Below, piece after piece: positions 36,987-45,247 of a stretch of DNA of 45,247 bases. The DNA comes from Octopus sinensis (Eukaryota), in contig NW_021824689.1 in assembly GCF_006345805.1 (NCBI RefSeq), forward strand, positions 1 to 45,247. The letters are read 5' to 3'. Each line of letters begins with the position of its first letter. Position 1 is the stretch's first letter. Below the pieces are notes generated by a model. That model was not told the origin of the DNA. It saw only the letters and a list, made by a program, of their open reading frames with translations, and did not search any database. Both the position numbers and the translations under genes were made by a program.

Positions 36987-37917
36987 TATATACTCCTCCT
37001 ACTCATCTCCACTCATAGAATATCCATTCCATGGTTCCTTATATCCGTCTTCAACTGTCCTTTATTCTGGTCAAGACTTCTGCCTTCTTTGTTCTTCCTA
37101 TTTCTTCAAGTATATATTATCTGACTTCTGTCTTCTATCTTATTTCAACACATTTAATTCTATCTTTCAGGTAAATAATAATCAATATTCTTCTTTCATG
37201 GCTTATTCCATTGTCTCTTTTTTCTTTTTATTCTTCATGAGATGAAAGGTACGCCTTCCATCTTCCGTTCTTTATACAGTACAGTTGGCAAACCACATTG
37301 GTTGATTATAGTTTTCCCTTTTTTAATGATCAAATTTGAAGTGAATAATGATAAGCGGCGAGTCCTTAACAATTCCACATTGTGTGGACGACAGAGCAAT
37401 CGCCACTAATGTGAATCGGAAGGACAAATCAAAAAAATTAAATAGATTATGAAAAAAGCGGAATGGAACATACACCAGGGAACGAAGAAGTATATGACAA
37501 ATTGCAACATAGGTGACGATATATGGAAATTAATGGAGAGACAATGAAAGAAAAAAAACCAAGTTCAGTTCAGTGGTACAGCATTGCGAATGATTGCAAA
37601 CAAAAAAAAAAAAGAGGTTGAATGAAAGGGAGATAATAATAAAAAGGGGTTGAATGAACGGGAGAATGATGGAAAACACAGTAATAGAGAAAGTAGATAA
37701 TCACAAATACCTATGTCGGTTAATATGTCAAATACAGGAAAACTGAGAAGCAGAATAATAGCGGAATGGAAATTTTCCACAATGTAGAACGATGTATATT
37801 TGCAATAAAAAATTACCATGATCATATTTATTATATAAAGATATGTTTGTGTGCGAATGTATGCATATTTAGAAGGGTAAGAAGGGAAGTAATTCAAACG
37901 TAGGTATAAACATTTCT

Positions 37918-38510
37918 GGCAGAAACGTTAGCACGCCGGGCGAAATGCGCAGCCGTATTTTGTCTGCCGTTACGTTCTGAGTTCAAATTCCGCCGAGGTC
38001 GACTTTGCCTTTCATCCTTTCGGGGTCGATGAAATAAGTACCAGTTACGCACTGGGGTCGATGTAATTGACTTAATACCTATGTCTGTCCTTGTTTGTCC
38101 CCTCTGTGTTTAGCCCCCTGTGGGTAATAAAGAAATAGGTATTTCGTCTGCCGTTACGTTCTGAGTTCAAATTCTGCCGAGGTCGACTTTGCCTTTCATC
38201 CTTTCGGGGTCGATAAATTAAGTACCAGTTACGCACTGGGGTCGATGTAATTGACTTAATACCTATGTCTGTCCTTGTTTGTCCCCTCTGTGTTTAGCCC
38301 CCTGTGGGTAATAAAGAAATAGGTATTTCGTCTGCCGTTACGTTCTGAGTTCAAATTCCGCCGAGGTTGACTTTGCCTTTCATCCTTTCGGGGTCGATAA
38401 ATTAAGTACCAGTTACGCACTGGGGTCGATGTAATTGACTTAATACCTATGTCTGTCCTTGTTTGTCCCCTCTGTGTTTAGCCCCTTGTGGGTAATAAAG
38501 AAATAGGTAT
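37918..38510 (+). mobile_element. Family A SINE with three tandem 184-bp body+tail units
   Basis: Units start at 37955, 38139 and 38323; flanking direct repeat taggtataaacatttct at 37901-37917 and 38504-38520. Confidence 0.92.
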
Positions 38511-38597
38511 AAACATTTCTTTTTTTAATCAAATAACATAGTTTGCTCAAATTACACATGGTGGAGTAACTCTTCTTGTTCTTCTTGCAGTATAAAG

Positions 38598-38656
<59 letters not shown>

Positions 38657-39065
38657 CGCGCGCGCGCGTGTGTGTGTATGTGTGTGTGTGTGTGTGTGTA
38701 TAATGGAGAAATTGTACAAAATGTATAAATGGATGAGTAAAGCACCGCACAGTCTCGATTACCTGTTGTTATTCGTAGATTTACTGCAGTGACTTTGTAA
38801 TGGCGGTTGGGCTAACTGTATTAATAAAATAGGAAATGGAAAGTGTAATAGAATTTTCGTGTAAGTATTATCTTCCTTTCAACTTCTACTTCCTTTTCTT
38901 TCTTTTAACAGTTACAACGGCGTAAACTCAATACGACATTTTCTTTAAACTAGGATATATCCTTTCCACGTTCATATTTGAAATTTTTTGCGTTTGAATA
39001 ATTTTTCTCTGATTTTACTCATTCTCGAATTTGATGGACAAGCCAACTCGAAAAATCTCTAGTGA

Positions 39066-39130
39066 GACTTTTTATTGATGTACCTGAAGAGACCCAGAAC
39101 GGGTCGAAACGTGTTGTACCCAATAAAGTC
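39066..39130 (+). ncRNA. Type I hammerhead ribozyme motif (family 6), intact
   Basis: UUUAUUG-AU-GUAC CUGAAGA GACCC-AGAAC-GGGUC GAA AC-GU-GU U GUAC-C-CAAUAAA. Confidence 0.82.
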
Positions 39131-39168
39131 TATTACACATTCCATCTCCTATTTTATTAATATTATGT

Positions 39169-39212
<44 letters not shown>

Positions 39213-39221
39213 TATTTTATT

Positions 39222-39735
39222 CCTTTTACTTATTTCAGTCATTTGACTGCGGCCATTCTGGAGCAACTGTTTTAGCCGAACAACCGTCCCAATTGGGCCC
39301 TAGGACTTATTCTTTGTAAGCCTAATACTAATTTTATGGGATCTCTTTTGTCGAAACGCTAAGTTATTGCGACATAAACACACCGACATCGGTTGATAAG
39401 CGATGGTGGGGAGACAAACACAGACACATACATAAATACACACACACACTCTCACACACATACATATATATTCGACAGGCTTTTTTTCAGTTTCCGTCTT
39501 ACAAATCCAATCTACTCACAAGGCTTTGGTCAGTCCAAGGCTATAATAGAAGACGCTTGCCCACGATGTCACGCAGTGGGACTGAACCCAGAACCGTGTG
39601 GCTGGGAACCAAGCTTCTTACCATACAGCCACGCTTGCGCCCATATGACGGGGCACCGCTCTTAGTCGAACAAATCAACCTCAAGACCTATTCTTTGTAA
39701 GCTTAGTACTTATTCTATCGGTCTCTTTGCCGAAC
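39222..39735 (-). mobile_element. Family B SINE plus a second partial 3' half
   Basis: 3' half 39222-39420, head 39470-39645, extra 3' fragment 39650-39735. Confidence 0.82.
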
Positions 39736-40630
39736 CGCTAAGGTGTATATTTAGTTCAAATTGATAGAAAACCAAAGACGAAGACATGTGTAGAAACAAC
39801 AAGCAGGTGTATCACTTTGACGCTCGGGAAAAATGGAAAAGCCTTTTACGTTTCGAGCCTACGCTCTTCAACAGAAAGGAATAAAAGGAAATAGAGAGTG
39901 GATAAAGTGGCTTGCTTCCACGACACCAACCACGCTCTGTGTCTATTTAACTCTTTCTTCTTCCCTTCTGGTCCCTCTCAACTTCTGTTCACTCTTCATA
40001 TCAAAAGTTTATATACGGTGATCCCACACAACGAAGGACTTTTTGCGCTTAAACACTTTCTAAACCTTCGGCCTGACCCACAGCCTGACACCGCCACACT
40101 TCTTCGTCTGGCCGAACCTCCCAAACCCCCACCGACACACCTGCATACTTTCCAGCTCGGTACCCTCACCCACACGTACCACTATACACACCCATACACA
40201 CTGTTCAACTCATCACCTGCACCGCACCCTATTACACACGCGTTAAACTCACTTGCCCCTATTCATACATACACAAACAATCACACACCATTCTCACGTA
40301 CACACACATGTTTGCTCACTTCCTCTTGTTGGGATCACCATGAATTATCTCCCCTTCATTCAACCTCTTTTTATTATTATCTCCCTTTCATTCAATCTCT
40401 TTTTTTTGTTTGCAATCATTCGCCATGCTGGACCACTGAACTCAACTCGTTTTCTTTTTCTTCTTACATTGTCTTTCCATTAATTTCCTTTTATCCCTTT
40501 CAGTCGAAGAGCATAGGCTCGAAACGTGAAAGACCTTTCCATTTACTCCGTGCGTCAAACTAATACACTTACTTGTTGTTCCTACATCTGTCTTCGTCTT
40601 TTGTTTTTCTATAAAGTTGAACTACAGGCT
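39735..40630 (+). mobile_element. Internally deleted PLE (lineage A) bounded by inverted HHR-bearing terminal repeats
   Basis: About 145-bp inverted arms at 39735-39895 and 40478-40630; RT fragment HDTNHAL...LFTLHIKSLYTVIPHNEGL (39910-40118) fused to the FQLGTL ORF end and 3' UTR. Confidence 0.8.
39842..39879 (-). ncRNA. Variant minimal hammerhead (family 2, U at position 6)
   Basis: CCUUU CUGUUGA A GAGC-GUAG-GCUC GAA ACGU A AAAGG; all helices are intact. Confidence 0.6.
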
Positions 40631-40814
40631 ATACACTCACGTGGTTACCCTAGTTTGATCCTGACTTAACTTCCCACTCTCTTGGACTTGCATATCTTAA
40701 CCACTTCCAGACCTTTTAGCACCGCTCCTCATCCAGCTCTCAACCGAGATTACCATTGGACTTTCTTACTCTTTTGGTCTCTATCTTTACGGATCTCACT
40801 GGCTTGTTTCGTTT

Positions 40815-41216
40815 ATACATACATACATACGTACATACATACATACATACATACACTCACACATACATACATACATACAAACATACATACACACATACAT
40901 ATATACATACATACACACACACACACACATACATACATACATACATACACACACATACATACATACACACACACACATACATACATACATACATACATAC
41001 ATACATACACACACACACATACATACATACATACATACACACACACATACATATATACATACATACACACACATACATACATACATACATACATATATGC
41101 ATACATACAGATATACATATATACATACATACATACACACATACATACATACACACATACATACATACATACATACATACAAACATAGATACATACACAC
41201 ATACATACATACATAG

Positions 41217-41247
<31 letters not shown>

Positions 41248-41487
41248 CATACATACATACATACACACACATATACATACATACATACATACACACATAC
41301 ATACATACATACATGCATACACACACACATACATACATACATACATACATACATACATACATACATACATACGCATACATACATACATATATACACACAT
41401 ACATACATACACATACATACGTACACACATACATACATACAAACATACATACACACACACACACATACACATACATACATACATACA

Positions 41488-41520
<33 letters not shown>
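40815..41520. repeat. ~700-bp (TACA)n/(CA)n microsatellite
   Basis: Directly visible; source of the HTYI and MYVC ORFs. Confidence 0.97.
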
Positions 41521-41524
<4 letters not shown>

Positions 41525-42190
41525 AGAGTGAGAGAGAGAGATATGTGTGTTCATCTATATATAAATATTATATATGTATGTATATAAATATATGCATGCA
41601 TGTTTGTACGTATATATGAATGGATTTATGTGTGTGTGTGTTAGAACGTGTGTGTGTGTGTGCGTGTGTGTACGCGTGTACTTGGAACTGTTGGCATTTA
41701 AATTGTTTCTAAGTGATTGAAATAAAACGTTGCTGTATTCCTCACTTCCATGGTACCGAATCGCAATATTGTCTGTATAATCACACATCTGATCATTTAT
41801 ACCATATAAATCTTCTTTAAAACCTTTCCACTTGAGAAATACCGTATTCGGGAAGCTTCTCTTCCAATACCAATTTATTATGGTTACTCAACTGAACAGC
41901 CATGGTGGGGTTTTTTTGTTTGTTTGTTGTTGTTTTTTTTTTTTTTTTGTTTTTTTTCATTTTCCTTCGGTTACTTCAATTTATTTTCGTTTGTCTTTCA
42001 GGAAAGTTTAAAGTTTTCAGAATAATTGATATAAAAAAAAAACCCAAAAAAAAAAAAAAGGGAAAAAGGAAGAAGAAAAAAAAAACAATAAATATTAAAT
42101 ACAAAAATGGCTTGTTAAGGAAATTCTGGGGCCTGAAATAGCGATAACGTATATGAACATGACATTTTAACTACTTATTCTCCCGCCCCC

Positions 42191-42224
<34 letters not shown>

Positions 42225-42337
42225 TCGCCTTGTTCAATTTTATGTTGTTTCTTAATTTACCATTTTCTATATATGTTCTTCGTCATCTCCTCCTATATAA
42301 GTTGGTAATTGATATTGTTTTGCTTTTGTTTTCTTCT

Positions 42338-42428
42338 TTCTTCTTCTTCTTCTTCTTCTTCTTCTTCTTCTTCTTCTTCTTCTTCTTCTTCTTCTTCTTC
42401 TCTTCTTCTTCTTCTTCTTCTTCTTCTT

Positions 42429-42471
<43 letters not shown>

Positions 42472-42543
42472 TATTTATTAATAATTATTATTATTATTAT
42501 TATTGTTCTTATTATTATCATTATTATATTATTATTATTATTA

Positions 42544-42586
<43 letters not shown>

Positions 42587-42670
42587 CATTATTATTATAT
42601 TATTATATTATTATTATTATTATCATTATCATTATTAATATCATTATTATTATTATTATATATTATTATA

Positions 42671-42707
<37 letters not shown>

Positions 42708-42830
42708 TATCATTATTATTATTATATTATTATCATTTATTATTATTATTATATTATTATTAATATTATTATTATTATTAATATTGTTATTATTATTATT
42801 ACTATCATCATCATCATCATTATTATTATT
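42338..42830. repeat. (TTC)n followed by (ATT/ATC)n microsatellite
   Basis: Directly visible. Confidence 0.96.
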
Positions 42831-43235
42831 TTGCTTTTCCGTCTCTTAATTCTGTTTCCATTTCTTGCCGAGTGTCTTCCTGATACATAGGGCAAAGAAA
42901 CTCATTGTGTACGTTGATAAGCCATTACAAAAAAAAAAAAAACCCACCAGATTGTGCATTTACAAAGTTAAGTTATGTGATTAAAAAATAAGGGGAAAAA
43001 AGGAAAAAAAGAAAAGAAAAAAATTTTAATAGAAAAGAAAGAGAGTGAGAAAGGAAAGAAAGTTCACAGTGACAATGCTCATCTCAATATGTGCGACACA
43101 CCGGTTAAAACGATCATTTGCACTTCTTGTATGGATGATAAGCGAGGGATCATCCTCAAATGATTTTCAGTACCTTTTTGGATCATTCCAAGTGCTCCTA
43201 CATTCACTGGAATGGTAACCGTCTTGAGATTCCTG

Positions 43236-43579
43236 TATTCTTTTATTTGTTTGTTTGTTTGTTTCGGTCGACTGTGGCCTTGCTGGAGCACCTCTTTTAG
43301 TCGGACAAATCGACTCCAGGACTTATTCTTTGTAAGCCTCGTACTTATTCTATCGGTATCTTTTGCCGAACCGCTAGGTTACGGAGACGTAAACACACCA
43401 ATATCAGTTGTCAAAGCAATGGTGGTGGGGACAACATAAATACCTACATACATACATACATACATACATACACACACGCACACACACACTCACACACACA
43501 CATGCACGTACAAACACATGCACGCACACACACATGCACACACACACACACACACACACACACACCACCACACAACAAC

Positions 43580-43616
<37 letters not shown>

Positions 43617-43840
43617 GCGACGGGCTTTCAATTTCCGTCTACCAAATCCATTCACAAGGCTTTGATCGGCCCGAAGCTATAGTAGAAAACACTTGCCCAA
43701 AATGCCATGCAGTGACTGAACCCGGAACCATGTGGTTTGGAAACAAGCTTCATACAACACCGCCTCACCACATTTTTTTCGATTTATATTTTGTTTTGTT
43801 AAGATGTGGTGCCCCAGCATGGCCGCGGCCTTCGGGCTAA
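43236..43840 (-). mobile_element. Family B SINE (plus a short extra fragment) nested in the Dong element
   Basis: 3' half 43236-43440, (CA)n, head 43615-43770. Confidence 0.85.
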
Positions 43841-44034
43841 AACATTTTTAAGGATTTAAGGATATCATGATCATAAAAAATGCTCATATCAATCAATAAA
43901 CAGACTTTACTGTTCTGGTCTTTCACAAAAATATCTGGTTGTTTTCTAGCTTTGATGGCTCAATGTGTACTGGAAAGTCCAAAAGAATCGTTACATTTTC
44001 TCCCTTAGTTACAACCTCATATCATTTGATAAAG

Positions 44035-44195
44035 CGTGTGTAATAGGGTGCGATGTAGGTGATGAGTTGAACAGTGTGTATGGGTATGTATAGTGGTACC
44101 TGTGGGTGAGGGTACCGAGGTGGAAGGTATGCAGGTGTGTCGGTAGGGGTTTGGGAGTTGAGTGGGAATCTGTGTTGGACTGGTGTCATTTGATA
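44035..44195 (-). mobile_element. PLE lineage A ORF-end/3' UTR fragment nested in the Dong element
   Basis: Reverse complement aligns to 40119-40241. Confidence 0.8.
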
Positions 44196-44386
44196 ACTGT
44201 TTTGTTTTATGATACCGACATATCAACCAGTGTAGATATTGGCCAACTCTGTTGTAATTTGAATTATATTCTACAAGTGTTAAAACTTTGCATCCAGAGA
44301 TTATGTAGTCCATTGTCTCACATAGGCACTCACAGCCCTCTACCAGTCGGGCAATGGGATCGGTGGATGTTCCGCTTTAGAAATTT

Positions 44387-45130
44387 ATAGAGGATTAGTG
44401 GTGGCAAAGTACGACGACGTTCTCGGGAAGACTGGGCGCCGATGTGAACGAACTAGCTAGTCTCTTCTGGAGGACTTTCCGTTTTGGAACTATCATGTAT
44501 AATTTCCAGATGTCCTTGGCCTGGCAGTGCTACCGGGGGGGGGGTTACCGTTTCGAGATAAACTCTACATGCACGGATGTGCTGTCAGACGGGTTTGTCC
44601 CAGGTGCGCACATAGTGACGAAACCGTTCTGTACACCCTCGTTCAGTGTCCGGGCCTTGCTAACTTGTGGGGTTATGTCCAAGAGCTGCTGTCACGTGTG
44701 GGTCGGATCCGTCAGTCTGCCGAGTCTGTAGTGATGATTGCACCTCCACCCTCCTTCAATCAGCCCAGCAAGGCAGTTTTCCTTTAGTTGGTGACTGTGG
44801 TGAAAGAGGTTGTTTGGTGGACAAGGCTGAAAAGCATGAGAACAGATACATTCCTCTTTGGTAGAACTCTCATTGACTTCTTCAAGTTTAACTTGAAAAG
44901 GAAATTGAGAAGGAAGAGGGAGGTACTGTCCTCGAATGAGTTTATTGAAAGGTGGGTGAAAGTTGCGAAAATGACAAGAGTGGATGGTACCTCTCTCAGT
45001 GTAGACCTGTAAATCGGAGAGAATTAATTAGAGTGCACTTGCTCTTTGTGTTCATGGAAATCTCGGACAGTGGAATTCCTCGATTATCCATAGAGGCCTT
45101 CCTATATCAGGAGGGCCACATTTCTATCAT
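44387..45130 (+). mobile_element. L1/Tx1-clade LINE 3' fragment
   Basis: NFQMSLAWQCYR; CPRCAHSDETVLYTLVQC; VKEVVWWTRLK; 3' UTR similar to 13280-13380. It may continue to the window edge. Confidence 0.88.
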
Positions 45131-45247
45131 CCTCCCACCTACTTTTTTTTAACCTGTGTGAGCTACTCATATGTCTCTTCTTTTTCAGTGCACACCGTGT
45201 ATACTTACTTTTTTTTATCATTTCATTATATGTAAACCCCCACACTA

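Larger units (their letters stand above)
43079..44386 (-). mobile_element. Dong/R4-clade LINE 3' part (Zn knuckle plus restriction-like endonuclease), interrupted
   Basis: ETMDYIISGCKVL...RVGQYLHWLIC; VTILLDFPVH...KVCLLIDMSI; LKTVTIPVNVGALGMI...IVLTGVSHILR*. Confidence 0.85.

Overview
Eukaryotic, gene-poor window saturated with repeats. It is most likely from an octopus, inferred from the SINE types and the extreme (TACA)n/(GATA)n/(TAA)n microsatellite load; this was not checked by a database search. No host protein-coding gene can be supported. Long ORFs in the track are either microsatellite translations or decayed transposons: Dong/R4-like LINE pieces, four L1/Tx1-clade LINE fragments, at least three Penelope-like element (PLE) lineages and a Tc1/mariner relic. 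The window also holds a short non-autonomous Helitron, two MITEs and about 25 tRNA-derived SINE copies from four families. The most notable signal is invisible to the ORF track: 11 type I hammerhead ribozyme (HHR) motifs in about 6 sequence-distinct families, all folded by eye. They include a 241-bp tandem pair with palindromic ACGU stem III (a double-hammerhead or retrozyme-like design), a family with U instead of the conserved A6 in all three copies, two motifs with an unusually long stem II, and an ORF-less 2.2-kb G-skewed element whose inverted arms each carry a hammerhead. The HHR-PLE association is established biology; these particular families and variants, and their activity, are inferences that need testing. 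A Tx1 family also appears to target (GATA)n tracts. Boundaries are approximate (about +/-20 bp) unless a TSD or TIR is quoted.
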